DNA of 64,000 bases. Source: Mobula hypostoma (lineage: Eukaryota). Location of the stretch: contig NC_086108.1 of assembly GCF_963921235.1 (NCBI RefSeq), positions 93,498,001 through 93,562,000 of the forward strand, read 5' to 3'. Both the position numbers and the translations under genes were made by a program. Positions within the stretch are counted from its first letter, which is position 1, and each line of letters opens with the position of its first letter. The notes under the pieces were generated by a model, which was given only the letters and a program-made list of their open reading frames with translations, made no database searches and was not told the DNA's origin. Shown piece after piece: positions 50,801 through 61,615 of this stretch.

Positions 50801-53800
50801 TGGTGACATACCAATTCTTCTCAAACTCCTAATGAAATATTGCTGCAGTCATGCTTTCTTTGTAATTGCATCAATATTTTGAGCCCAAGATAGATCCTTA
50901 GAGGTGTTAACATCCAGGAACTTGAAACTGCTCATCCCTTCCACTTCTGATCCCTCAGTGAGGGCTGATGTGTGTTCCCTTGCCTTGTCTTTTGGTGGTT
51001 TTATGTCAGTAGTTGTTGGTAGAAAGGGTGAAAGACTATTAATATTGTAACTGTGAACATGGGTCATTTTTGTGCATATTGGTCTCTAAAGAATTTGAAG
51101 GAGTGATTCCTCAATAATCAGTTACAGTGCACTGTGTAAATGAGGCTGAGTAGAAAGTAGGAAAAATATGGATTTAAGCTCCATTTATGCATGATTATTT
51201 GATCTATCCTGGGCAAAAGGGATACTGGTCTTGGTATCAGTGTCTTTTAGATTGAGAAGATTTACCAGACTGACTCTGTCTTTGTATTAAGCCCATGATT
51301 ACTGTCCTGGAGTTTTGTGAGAATGGGTAGTATTTATTGGAGCTTAGAATATAAGGTGATCTTATTGAAACAAGATACTGTGATAAGTTTTGGGAGATTA
51401 AATGCAATTAGTGAATTAAATCATAAACAAGAGAAAATCTGCAGATGTTGAAAATCCAAGCAACACACACAAAATGCTGGAGGATCTCAGGCCAAGCGGC
51501 ATCTATGGAAAAGAGTACAGTTGATGTTTTGGGCCAAGTCCCTTCACTTTGTATGTGTGTGTTGCTTGGATTTCCAGCATCTGCAGATTTGCTCCAGTTC
51601 ACAGATGTTGCTTTAGTCAATTACATTCATATTATCTTTCCATTTGTCCCTTCCAAGATCATTAAAATTCACAATGTTATTTAGCTCATTTAAGGGAAAG
51701 GTTCTTGAACCCTTTTTTAAAACTATCTTTAGACATTTTGGCTGCATAATCTAAAACTAAATTATCTAAGGTGTGGCAGGAATAGCTTAGAATTTCTGTG
51801 ATATTGTGGTATGGAAGCCAACATTCTCTGAGTGAGGGGATGAAAGTGAGTGGAACCCAAATTTGTATTCAGTTAGCATTCAATCAAAGAAATCTTGAAA
51901 TCCAATCATGTCATTGTGTTAACCTAAATAAGTTTTGTTACCGTAATTGAAGTTATGCATGTTACTTTGTTTGATGCAGGTGATTTTAAAAGAAGGCTGC
52001 CCCGCACACCTTCAACGGGCACCATGTCTTCAGCAGATGACTTGGATGAAAGAGAGCCACCATCTTTGTCAGACAATGGTGTGTATTTAGTTCCCCTGTG
52101 CATTATGTTCGGGTGTGATTGAGGTTATTATTGCAAGTGATACTTTCTAGTTTACTATTACAAACCATATCACTGCAAAGTAAATTAATTTACTTTTAGT
52201 TATATTGTTTCCAGTGAGCACCAGGGGAGGTTGTGTGATAAGATTGTGCTGTTAACATATAATTTGTCTTAAAGAAGCCACTCTAGAAGATTTCTATTGT
52301 GCATTTTCCATTTTTCATAATTAGGCAGCTTCCAAGTACGGTAGCCAGGAAACAAAAAAAGAAGATTCTGGCAACTTGTATGAGATGAGGCTGTTGAACT
52401 TGGTGTAGGAAAGTTAAATTAGGATGCAAACCATTGTGTAAATTGTAGATTCCACACAAGAACTGGCATATTGCTCACTAAAAACCTTCCCTCACTGCTG
52501 CTAAAACGTTCCATACAATCGGCTTTAATTTTCTTGAGGAGCTGCAATGTTAGCTGTCACCTGATCAATTCATTCTGTCCATGTGGCTCTTACCAAATCA
52601 GCTTTCATGAAATTTAAGATCAAAATTTTCCAGATTCATTGGTCAACATCATTCAGAGCAAGCATTATCTAAAAATAGATGTGCACAATTTTTTGAGTTT
52701 GATATTTGCTTGATGTGTGGCAGAAAACTAAGACTGATCTTTCAGAATAAGCTTAATTGTGCTGTACAACTTTCTTATAATGTAGGTCTAAATGAGATTG
52801 TGGTGGAGATGGCAAGTTCTCCAGGGCCCTTCCGCAATACCGTAATGTCAAAGGCATCGCTAACACACAAACTGCGGAAACTGCGAGCTCCATCAAAGTG
52901 CAGAGAATGTGACAGCCTTGTGGTGTTTCATGGTGCTGAATGTGAGGAGGTAAAGTATCTGTAACTGGGTAGTTATTTTCCATGTTAAAATTTTATGTGC
53001 ACAAAGTTCTATTTCTCATGAATTAATGAAAATTAGCCAAGTTTTTGGGCATTACCTTTAATTCAATTTACCTTTTAACATAATTGTATCGGGAAAAGCA
53101 TGCCGAATTACTGATTCCCAGAAGTAGCAATGTCATAAATCTAGTTGATCAGTCAATCAGAATTAAGTATTTTTTTAACAAAATGTGAAAAGCTCTACTT
53201 TTTTTATGCTCTCAGTGATAATAGTTTATAAAAAGTAGTTTGTCCAGGGAGCACTGCAGAGTGGAAATACTGACAGTAATCTCTAATTGTCTGCATTTAT
53301 TTGTGAATGTGAGCATTCCAGACATTGTTGAATACTGAAATTTCATCATCAAATATAAAGGTATAATTGTACATAATTGTGAATTAAAATAAAAACAGGC
53401 ACTTACTGCAAAATGGGTAATTCCATTGGCTGCTTCTTGATTGAGAGCATCAGATGATAAATGTTTGCTGGTATTTGTCATTGCTGACTTAAGAAGTGCA
53501 AGGAACGAAACATAGGTCATTCAAGCTTCTATGTAATTGGAAAAAACGTGGTAGACCTAGCCAGCTGGACCCATTTGTTACTGATTGTATGTAGCTACAG
53601 TGAAAATCCTGTTCAGTCTGAGAGGAACCACAGGTTCAAACATTGACGCATGTGGTTGGCTGTAGAGCCAATGGTATAAAGCTACCATCCACAGGATAAG
53701 AACTAAATACCACTTCTTGTCAAAATCCCACCCAATTTCTTCCCTGCCTGCACAGGCTAATGTGGACGTGTAGGCCAATCTAGCTGACTGTCTTGTTCCA

Positions 53801-56800
53801 GAGAGGTGCTGTGAAGGTTTAGCAATGCATTGACTTATTACTGGAAAATCCCTACTCCTAGATTGCTCTGAACCTTCAATAGGAGGCAAGGGTAGGCTGG
53901 AGATTTGTCACCTGTGAAAACATTGTGTTTCTTTTTGCCATTGTGTCAACAAGGTAGTCTTAATGGTGGGAATCTCAGTAAGACTTGGCTCTACTACTAG
54001 GCAAAATGTGGACTCCCGCAATCAAGCCGAAAGACATTTGTGAGCACATTTGCTGCTCCATATTACTGAGGTATACAGAAAACATGTAGGCATGAGAACA
54101 CCCAGGTGCAACCAACAAAATTTAACACAAGCATAAGCAATTTTGAAGCATAATGTATATTTTATAAACCCAAGATTATGCAGAAGCTGGAAATCCAGTA
54201 TAATACACACAAAATGCTGGAGGAACTTAGCAGGTCAGGCAGCATTTATGAAAATGAATAAACAGTCGATGTTTTGGGCCAAGGCCCTTCACTGGGACTG
54301 GAAAGGAAGGAGGAAGGTGAGAGGAGGGGAAGGAGTACGAGTTAGAAGTTAGTAGGTGAATCAAGGGAGGAAGTAAGAAGCAGGAGATGATGGGTGGAAA
54401 AGGTAAAGAGCTAGAGAAGGAGGGAGCTGATAGGAGAAGAGGATTGGGCTACGGGAGAAAAGAAAGGAGGAGGGGAACCAGGAGGTGGTGATAGATAGCT
54501 GAAGAGAGTGAGAGGGGAGCCAGAATGGGGAATGGAGAAGAGGGAAGGAGAAAAATTACTAGAAGTTAGCGAAATCCATGTTCATATAATCGGGTTGAAG
54601 GCTACCCAGACAGAATATGAGGTGTTGCTTCTTCAGCATGAGAGTGGTCACATTGTGACAGTAGAGGAGGTTATGGGCCAACATAACAGAATGGGAATGA
54701 GGATTAGCATTAAGATGGTTGGCTACCTGCTTTTTGTGGGTGGAATGAAGGCACTTGACAAAGCAATCCCCCAACCTACATAAGGTGCCAAAAGCAATCC
54801 CCAAATCTGTGTTGGGTTAACAAAGTGGTTGACATAGATTGGGGGTCTGCTTTGCTGAGCACCTTTGAATGGAACTTCTCCTATCACCTACTAGCTTGTG
54901 TTTCTTCCCCTCCCTCCATCTCATTCTGGGTCCTTCCCCCCCTTTTGAAAGGTGAAAGGTCTCGGCCCAAACTGTTGTTTATTCATTTCCATAGATGCTG
55001 CCTGACCTGCTGAGTTCATGCAGCAATTTGTACATCTTTTATAGCTCCCTAATCATTTATACTACTTTAGCTTTTTCTGCTGTTATCAGAATAAAGGAAT
55101 AGAAATATATTCTTTGTGTCTTAGTCCTATGATTTGTATTGAACTGAAAGTAACATCGTGAGTTAATACTTGAACTTAATTTCACTTGGCAGTGTAGTTT
55201 GGCATGCCATAAAAAGTGTCTTGAGACTCTAGCTATCCAGTGTGGCCATAAGAAACTTCAGGGTCGATTGCATCTATTTGGAGTGGATTTTATTCAAACT
55301 GCGAAAGATTGTTCTGATGGAATCCCTTTCATTATTAAAAAATGCACTTCAGAGATTGAAAACCGGGCTTTAAGCATAAAGGTAAGATTTGTCTTGTGTT
55401 CTAAAATTGCATACTTTTTCACTGATAGCATTATTGTTTGTGGAAGTAATTCTGCAATAATTGATGTGCCACCAGGTTTAGTTTAGGATTATATTTAGAA
55501 CAAGCTCATGATAGCAATAATCATTCAATCAAATGTCTTCAAAGTAATTTGTAGTATAGTACTTTAAGAATATTAATAATTTCTTAATACCTGCTCTGCA
55601 AGGTCATTACTGTTTACCTACATAAGTAAAACCAGAATTCCAGTTAAAATAATTTTTAAAAAGCCGCCTTTTTGGTTTTTTTGGATATGGCTAACACTGG
55701 TAAGGACACGTTTATTGCTTTGTCCTGTAAAAGTGGTGAATCATTACACAACGAAGTACTATGCTATAAACATTTAACTATCTAATCTAGGTTTAGAGCT
55801 CTGTGATGTTCAGTTCAAGTGGTTCTGCGAGTTAATGTTTGAGTATTCAGCACAAGTTAAATCAGAAAAATTAAATTATTCACCTTAGAATTTAAATAAG
55901 AACTTAAAATTGCCTAAAGGTTTGGCCTCTAAGTCTGCTCTGACAATTTTCTAATAATGCATTGTCATCTTTATCAATGTCCATATTCTATTTGGGTACT
56001 GTAAATTAGTTGTGAATGCTTATTTACTTAGTTTATTCTTTGTTCAAAGGGTATTTATCGAATAAATGGAGCCAAATCTAGAGTTGAAAAGTTGTGCCAA
56101 GCTTTTGAAAATGGAAAGGATTTAGTGGAACTCTCAGATTTATATCCCCATGATATTAGCAATGTGTTAAAACTATTTCTTCGTCAGGTAAGTCCATCTG
56201 ACATATGACACTATACGTCAGTCATTTTAAAAAAAGTTCAAGTTTTTATTGAAGTGACATCATTATTTTCTTTTGAACCATAGCTTCCAGAGCCACTGAT
56301 GTTGTTTCGCCTTTATAATGAATTTATTGGCTTGGCCAAGGAATGCCATAATCTGAGCACTGAAGATGACGAGAAACAAAAGGGTCTGCCAGCACGCAAG
56401 TGGTCTGCAAGTGTAGGAAGAAGAAAAATTCTTTCTAAAGTCAGAGATTTACTCGGGCAGTTGCCACAACCAAATTATAACACTGTGCGGTATCTCATAA
56501 ACCATCTTCGCAGGTGTGTAAAAGTAAACTTTTGGTCACTTCACATTTGAATATATCGAGATTTTTGAGCATTGCTGTTTATCCAAACCTTCATGTGTCA
56601 CATTTCCCCAACCAGCCAAAAGATGTTTGTTTTTACCTCTGATTGAAAGATTGCATCAACATACAGGTTTAATGGCTTGCTTCCACAGTCCCATGCTGCA
56701 AAGAGCTTTGTCAAGTGAACTGAGCCTCTTGCTGAAAGAGACTTAGCATTTAGATACTGAACAGTTTGAGATCCAGAATCGTATTTGTCCCTCAATCCAA

Positions 56801-59800
56801 GTAAAAGTCCATGTTTGAATTAACTTTTGTCAGTTGTTTTCCTGTTCACTCAACATTAGTACCTCAGTGCTCTGCACAGAGGTCACTTAAACAGTGATAC
56901 TGTTTATGATTGCAGAACGCTTTTTTTTTGTGTGCCCTTTCAGTTTTATGATGCATTTTATAGCTATCAGTAATATTTGAAAGCCCATGCATGCAGAGAA
57001 AAAAAATTACAGTATCCCAGCTTCAAAAGTTGACATGTGTTTTTAATTTTATTATGTCTCCGAAAAGGAAATTTCATCCTACTGGTGGTTTTCTGAACAC
57101 TTTTCTTTGAAGCATTCTCCTTCAAAAAGATGTTTTACAGAATAAAATCTGAAGAGCATTTGCCTTTTGTGCCATCGTAAATCCAAATCAGGTTCTATGT
57201 CTTGACTGCATTGTGTTCAATGGCATTAATTTCATGCTTAAATTGCTCTGGTAACTTGACAATGTGGCGTTGACTCCATGTAACTATAAACAGCTTCAAG
57301 TTCCTCGGCATCCATATCACCGAGGACGTCACATGGTCTATACACACCAGCTGTGTAGTGAAAAAGGCACAACAGCGCCTCTTTCACCTCAGACTGTTGA
57401 GGAAGTTTGGTATGCGCCCTCAGATCCTGATAACTTTCTACAGGGGCACAATTGAAAGCATCCTGACCGGCATCACTGCCTGGTATGGGAACTGTACCTC
57501 CCTTAATTGCAGGACTCTGCAGAGAGTGGTACAGACAGCCCAGCACATCTTTAGTTGTGAACTTCCCATGATTCAGGACATTTACAAGGACAGGTGTGTA
57601 AAAAGGGCCCATAGGATCATTGAGGACCCAAGTCATCCCAACCACAAACTGTTCCTGCTGCTACCATCTGGGAAGCGGTACCACAGCATAAAAGCCAGGA
57701 CCAACAGGCTCCGGGACAGCTTCTTCCACCAGGCCATCAGACTGATGAACTCACGCTGACTTGAGTGTACTCTATATTACATTGACTGTTCTATTTATTA
57801 TAAATTACTGTGATTGCACATTTAGGTGGAGCCGTAAAGATTTTTACTCCTCATGTATGTGAAGGATGTAGGGAATAAAGTCGATTCAATTCAATTTACT
57901 TTTATTTTTAAAGCTTTGTTTCCATTTACAGTATGTTTTGTGCATCATTTGTTGAACACAAGAAAGTAGGACTAAGAGTAGGCTAGCTGGCCCTCATACA
58001 TGCCCCATCTTTAAATATGATCATAGCTAATCTGCTTCAGGCCCCAACTCTTATGCCTGTTCCCCATAGTCCTCAATGTTATGATCTTTAAAAACAAAAT
58101 TATCGACCTCCTCTTTAAGCACCTTCCAGTAATGTAGCTTCCATAACCTGCTGAGATAGAGAATTCCAGAAATTCACTGCCTAAGACCTGTCATTTCCAT
58201 TCTTTCAGTATAAGTTGAACTGTATCTTGCATTGTGATGTACTTTACAGTACCTGTAACCTTTATAGTAATTACAACCAATTTTCATAAAGCTTGTTCCC
58301 ACTCATTTATAAGGTTTAACCAGGGGATAAATATTAGCTTGTATACCAGGATAACAGACTTGCTTTTCTACTTTAATATGGTACCTTTGTCTGCCTAATA
58401 GTACAAACAAGCTGAATATTTCAGTTCTCTTGATAGTGTAACATTTTCTCAATTCTGCATTATGATGTTACTTGTTACTTTAATGAACTTTATAATAGTG
58501 TTACCAACTAAAAACATTGACAGATTCACACATTTGCGTTTCCTCAACAGGGTAGCAGAAAAAGAAGAAGAAAATAAAATGTCACCTAGTAACCTTGGGA
58601 TAATATTTGGACCCACTCTCATTCGACCAAAACAAACTGATGCTACTGCTTCATTATCTTCTCTCGTTGACTATCCATATCAGGCTCAAATGGTGGAACT
58701 ACTCATTAATTATTATGAAAAGATATTTGTTTTTTCACTGTCTCCATCATATTCACAAACTGGAAAGACCTTATTTGATGAGAAAGATAAGGTTATTCCT
58801 TTGTCACCTGAGGAAGGTATCCCAAAAAACAAGGGTCATCCAAAAAGTAACAAAGAGGTGAGTGTTGGCTTGACCATTCTGTAGAGCTTCTAGGAGTTTA
58901 GAGTCTTCTCTCCCCCCCCCCCCATTGTTGGAATACTCCAGAAATGCATTTCCAACAAAGATCAAGACAAAATCTCTCTTGCATTAGGATCAACAAAGAT
59001 CCCAATTTAGAAATCAAAAAATAAATTTGTGGTAATACTCAGCAAGCCAAATGTATTTCTGAAAAGAGAAATAGGGTTGATATTTCCATTTGAACACTTT
59101 TTTTTAAATACAGCTTTCAATAATTTGCAAATGTTTTTGGTTGTCAGTTTGGTTATTTTGGCGCACTTACCAGTTTGTATTTCTTATCCATAAAGTTCAT
59201 GATTATTAGCTCTATAATAAAAACAATATATTCCAAGACTCTTGTTTCTGAAGTGTATTCACAAACTTTAATCTAAGTTTAATTTATATAAAATCCATAT
59301 ATGATATCATGTGAGAAAATGAAATAGATTGCAGTTTTGAATTGCTGAAAAAGAGAAAGGAAGAAGAAAATTAACATGCCCATAGGGGATAAGTTGAAGC
59401 TGAATAGGACATGAGGGTAATGTGGAAAGGAAGCTTATGAAAACTTTAAGATTTTGAAAATTGAGAGTTTTTTTTTGCCAATGGGGCATTGCTTTAATGT
59501 TATTTACTTAGGTAGCAGAAATGCTGGCTATATGTGATGAATACATAGTGGGGGGAGAGGTGGATTAAGTAGCATGAAACGTGACTATGGTTTGAAGTGG
59601 TTCATTCTTAATTACATAAGGCTTTGCTTGTAATCAAGTCACAAAACTTGATACTCTTTGTTAGGTGTGAAGGAAATGGGAGTTTTTTTTTCATTTACTT
59701 AAAGGCTTTTAACAAATATGGACATAAAGTTATGTAGTTCATTGGGAATACTCCAGGCAATGATGATGATGCAGTGATTGCATTATTATGCTAGTAACTA

Positions 59801-61615
59801 ACAGTCTAGAGACGTTAGTTCAAACCCAACTAGCTAAGGAATTGTAGTTCAATTCATTGTCTGAAATTAGTTTCAGTAAAGATCACTAAACCATCAGATT
59901 CTTATTGGGTGGGGGGAAATAGCTATCTGATTTACTTAAATCATTCGGGTGGAATTTTTGCCATACTTGACCAACCTTACCTGTTTCAGAATGCTCCATC
60001 TAGTCACAACTCAGACGTCTATACCTGCATGTGACAAGATTTCAATAATGTTCACAGCTGTGATGTATGACAAATAGCATTCATAGTCTGGTAGTGACTC
60101 TTTCCAATAAGAGATTGTCGCCTATCCTTGACATTCTGTGCGATATCATGGGGATTGCCAGTGAGCAGAATCTCAATTAAACCAGCCAGCTGTTAGGACA
60201 GGTAGGGCTAGGCAGTTGATGATGGCCTTGCTATTGATGCTTGCTTCTCAAAATGTAATTAAAAAGATATGCAGTTATATGAAGTAAATATATTTCTGCC
60301 TTTTAAAGCTGGCTTAAGATTAATAAAATGTGTTGTTCTTAATGTATTATTACTGCTTATACATAAATATAACGGGGACATTTTTGATGTTGGCAGGGCT
60401 TTGGGTTGTCCGGACCTGAAAAGGAATCATCACAAAAAGTATCTTCCAGTAAGACTATAAGTGAAGGAAAGGATCTAAAATGGAGCAGAAAGGTCAATGA
60501 ATTAGGTTTGTATCTTGGTGTATATTTATAAAAGAAATCATGTTTTGGGGATATCAGGACTGAATGAAAGCATGTGTTGTACAGGGGACCCAGTGTAGAG
60601 TAACAAGGGGAGTAGTGCTTTGTTTCCGAATGAATGGATCATTAATAATGCATCTTTGAGAAATTGAAGTTTTTCTTGGGATTAACAGTTTAAACCCAGT
60701 TGACACTACTAATGTATGAATTGTACAATATTTTCAGGGCCAGATGTCTCTCTCAACCTGGAAAAATGTGAGATACTGAAACAATTACCAACTACACAAG
60801 CTTCTGAAGAACACAAAGCCAACAAGTCAGCAAGTGAAAAGGCCGGTCATCAGCTTGTTAAAGTTAATATGCGGCCTCCTAGGCCAAAGCCAATTATTCC
60901 AAGACCTGCTAGCCTTCCTGTTCCTGAAATGCTTTCCTTGAATGACAGAAGTGTGAAAGGGTATAGTAAAACAAACAATGAAAGGAATACTATTATTGAA
61001 GAAGTTCCAGAGATGCAAACTCCATCTCGTTCACCTACATGTTGCAGACATTCATACTATGACACCCAGTCTCTGCATCGGACTTGGGACAAGCAGTATA
61101 AGTGTTATGGGATAACTCAAAAGACGGCCATGATTGTGGCAAATGTTGCTCCAGAAAACAAAACTATTGACAATTCTCTCTCTCCACCCTTTGCTCAAGG
61201 TTCTGGCAATAGCTTTACAAGTAGCTTGCTGCCCAATAAACCAAACACAGTGACTGTTAGACAGGTAAAGACCACAAAGGTTGATGGAAACTCATTAGAT
61301 CCTGTACCACCTTATGCATTTCGATCTCCACGAACTTTACAGCCTCCACCTGGCACTTTTTACAAACCTCCCTCTAATGCACTCAAACATGCAGAAGGTT
61401 CTATGCTCAAACCTATTGCAGCATTAACTAATAACTCGGATTCTGTACAAGACAGCAATGGAACAATTAATCCTGAAGATAATGGATCTAAGGAATTGGA
61501 AAGTTCAGCAAGTGCAGCCAAAGAAACCCAAGCAGAACGCAAACTGGCATTTCAAAAACTGCGATCGAAACGACTTCCACCAGACTATGAATACAGAGAA
61601 GCCCATTTTGTTTAA
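22177..61615 (+). CDS. ARHGAP29: Rho GTPase-activating protein 29 (PARG1)-type gene, 21 coding exons, 5' end not found in window
   Basis: Manually spliced exons give one open frame: F-BAR region, SDSESGGGSSES...PRTPSTGTMSSADDLDEREPPS linker, C1 finger, RhoGAP with GIYR arginine finger, and C-terminal ...EAHFV*. Orthologue versus close paralogue is not proven. Confidence 0.9.
22760..23155 (+). mobile_element. pogo/Tigger-like element, left part
   Basis: TA|CAGTGGATTCCAGTTAATTGG, colinear with the 5651 copy. Confidence 0.75.
23160..23610 (+). mobile_element. RTE-like 5' UTR fragment with HDV-like ribozyme relic
   Basis: P2/P3/P4/J4-2-like pairing at 23164-23260. Confidence 0.45.
25942..26035 (+). 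CDS. ARHGAP29: ARHGAP29 exon (ANYNEVDEEK...ALAFTFGN)
   Basis: cttag acceptor, gtaagt donor, LAFTFGN family motif. Confidence 0.92.
27555..28540 (+). mobile_element. Tx1/L1-clade LINE 3' end (zf-RVT domain + 3' UTR)
   Basis: LAWLAVRRALPV...CPREDC..ESVTHLFAHC..AKKVW; stop at 28149, AATAAA near 28516. Confidence 0.85.
28802..28874 (+). CDS. ARHGAP29: ARHGAP29 exon (ISDFLMGDVD...GRSR)
   Basis: ttacag/gtaagt, FLMGDV motif, phase 2-0. Confidence 0.92.
29881..29941 (+). CDS. ARHGAP29: ARHGAP29 exon (SYENLSMGSGG...NDLQ)
   Basis: T-rich tract with aag acceptor, G|gtatac donor, supplies the required 0-to-1 phase change. Confidence 0.82.
32160..32570 (-). mobile_element. Penelope-like 3' fragment with variant hammerhead (32225-32262)
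   Basis: reverse complement reads CTGAAGA-AGGGTCTCAACCC-GAAA-AGTTGACTG. Confidence 0.8.
32910..33425 (+). mobile_element. Young Penelope-like 3' fragment with the longest tail seen here
   Basis: very similar to 1411-1878 (ATLRLEEQHLIFRLGSLQPDGMNIDFSNFR*). Confidence 0.92.
33293..33330 (+). ncRNA. Minimal type-I hammerhead ribozyme (PLE-associated)
   Basis: TAGTC-CTGACGA-AGG(GTCTCGG)CCT-GAAA-C-GTC^-GACTG; predicted cleavage after 33325. Confidence 0.85.
35235..35445 (+). mobile_element. pogo/Tigger-like element, left part
   Basis: TA|CAGTGGATTCTAGTTAATTGG. Confidence 0.7.
36167..36304 (+). CDS. ARHGAP29: ARHGAP29 exon, F-BAR start (EVDNMLLK...YAKNWSKYTKDILAWLEKRLNL)
   Basis: tttcag/gtgagt, conserved F-BAR helix. 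Confidence 0.95.
36690..39525 (+). mobile_element. Decayed CR1 LINE ORF2 (endonuclease to 3' end)
   Basis: VIGDLNF.HIDW, GEVPEDWRIADVV, FDKVPQGRL motifs. Confidence 0.9.
40281..40345 (+). CDS. ARHGAP29: ARHGAP29 exon (MEYARNFSKLAESAKTFIGQQ)
   Basis: ctgcag/gtaaat, phase 1-0. Confidence 0.92.
40631..40741 (+). CDS. ARHGAP29: ARHGAP29 exon (VHMPFHSVY...NKFIQ)
   Basis: aacag/gtgagt, 111 nt. Confidence 0.92.
41438..41518 (+). CDS. ARHGAP29: ARHGAP29 exon (PLLLRRNELDKQRKEIKEQWQREQRKM)
   Basis: ttacag/gtacca, 81 nt. Confidence 0.93.
41624..41812 (+). CDS. ARHGAP29: ARHGAP29 exon (HEAETTYRKA...LEEDALQK)
   Basis: cacag acceptor, weak AAA|gtagtt donor, 189 nt. Confidence 0.92.
41843..41899 (+). 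repeat. Compound microsatellite (TG)n(TA)n(GA)n
   Basis: read directly. Confidence 0.9.
42022..42302 (+). mobile_element. V-SINE/HE1-like tRNA-derived SINE
   Basis: B-box-like GAGTTCAATCC, core GTGGGTTTC...GGTTTCCTCCCACAGTCCAAA, (AAATA)n tail. Confidence 0.75.
42631..42768 (+). CDS. ARHGAP29: ARHGAP29 exon (AEEAEENFK...QCDLTLKS)
   Basis: ttgtag/gtacgt, 138 nt. Confidence 0.93.
42882..42958. mobile_element. 77-bp hAT/Charlie-type MITE
   Basis: TIRs CAGGTGTTCTCAACCT / AGGTTGGGAACCCCT, 8-bp TSD CCCTAGAG at 42874 and 42959. Confidence 0.85.
43197..43387 (+). CDS. ARHGAP29: ARHGAP29 exon (VTVNLFQMQ...LYEPGQQYSEFVK...SSG)
   Basis: tttcag/gtatgt, phase 0-2. Confidence 0.92.
44096..44268 (+). CDS. 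ARHGAP29: ARHGAP29 exon, low-complexity linker (LPITKKTT...SIDLQ)
   Basis: strong pyrimidine tract + tacag, G|gtattt donor, open in the required phase 2-1. Confidence 0.85.
45350..48192 (+). mobile_element. CR1 LINE ORF2 remnant interrupted by a hAT-like element
   Basis: SCLTNLLDFFEE, DIQKAFDKVPH, KFTDDTK, LERVQRRFTKM. Confidence 0.9.
46387..47514. mobile_element. Non-autonomous hAT/Charlie-like element
   Basis: imperfect TIRs CAGCCTTTTCCAAC / GTTGAGAAACGCTG where the CR1 stops and resumes; no clear TSD. Confidence 0.65.
48496..48624 (+). CDS. ARHGAP29: ARHGAP29 exon (VQSHGAFRAWP...SDSESGGGSSES...TSP)
   Basis: tandem CAGCAG acceptor, G|gtatgg donor. Confidence 0.92.
48755..50980 (-). mobile_element. 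Rex/Babar-type LINE 3' part, split by Tc1
   Basis: RT-distal remnants at 50484-50980 and an (AGAATC)n tail at 48755. Confidence 0.75.
48858..50397 (-). mobile_element. Tc1-family transposon with decayed transposase
   Basis: AGTACTGTGCAAAAGT / TTTACAGTACTG termini; SGRPWKLS, VLWTGETK, QDNDPKH, WPP motifs. Confidence 0.9.
51431..51593. mobile_element. Miniature palindromic Penelope-tail element
   Basis: ~45-bp inverted arms around a half hammerhead. Confidence 0.75.
51980..52078 (+). CDS. ARHGAP29: ARHGAP29 exon (DFKRRLPRTPSTGTMSSADDLDEREPPSLSDN)
   Basis: atgcag/gtgtgt, conserved motif. Confidence 0.94.
52786..52949 (+). CDS. ARHGAP29: ARHGAP29 exon, C1 domain first half (THKLRKLRAPSKCRECD...ECEE)
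   Basis: tgtag/gtaaag. Confidence 0.95.
54178..55025. mobile_element. Old tail-out inverted pair of Penelope-like fragments
   Basis: minus copy to ~54815 (HLIFCLGSLQPDYMN), plus-strand tail ~54877-55025. Confidence 0.75.
55193..55381 (+). CDS. ARHGAP29: ARHGAP29 exon, C1 end and RhoGAP start (CSLACHKKC...LFGVDF...EIENRALSIK)
   Basis: ggcag/gtaaga, 189 nt. Confidence 0.95.
56050..56187 (+). CDS. ARHGAP29: ARHGAP29 exon, RhoGAP arginine finger (GIYRINGAK...LKLFLRQ)
   Basis: aag acceptor, gtaagt donor, Arg codon CGA at 56059-56061. Confidence 0.95.
56284..56513 (+). CDS. ARHGAP29: ARHGAP29 exon, RhoGAP (LPEPLMLF...YLINHLR)
   Basis: catag/gtgtgt, phase 0-2. Confidence 0.95.
57270..57895 (+). 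mobile_element. Rex1/Babar-type LINE 3' end
   Basis: KKAQQRLFHLRLLRKF...ESILTGITAWYG...LLPSGKRY...RLRDSFFHQAIRLMN*; (attca)n tail. Confidence 0.92.
57958..58185 (-). mobile_element. Decayed CR1 3' end
   Basis: similar to 13322-13560. Confidence 0.55.
58551..58857 (+). CDS. ARHGAP29: ARHGAP29 exon, RhoGAP end (ENKMSPSNLGIIFGPTL...KSNKE)
   Basis: aacag/gtgagt, phase 2-0. Confidence 0.93.
60397..60505 (+). CDS. ARHGAP29: ARHGAP29 penultimate exon (GFGLSGPEKESSQK...KVNEL)
   Basis: ggcag/gtttgt, 109 nt, the only open 0-to-1 phase exon I found in this interval. Confidence 0.8.
60738..61615 (+). CDS. ARHGAP29: ARHGAP29 last coding exon, ending in PDZ-binding-type EAHFV*
   Basis: tttcag acceptor, long open frame to TAA at 61613-61615. 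Confidence 0.92.

Noticed and set aside
59990..60090. Good-looking acceptor as the missing penultimate exon
   Set aside because: In-frame TGA after 14 codons; 60397-60505 fits phase and frame instead.
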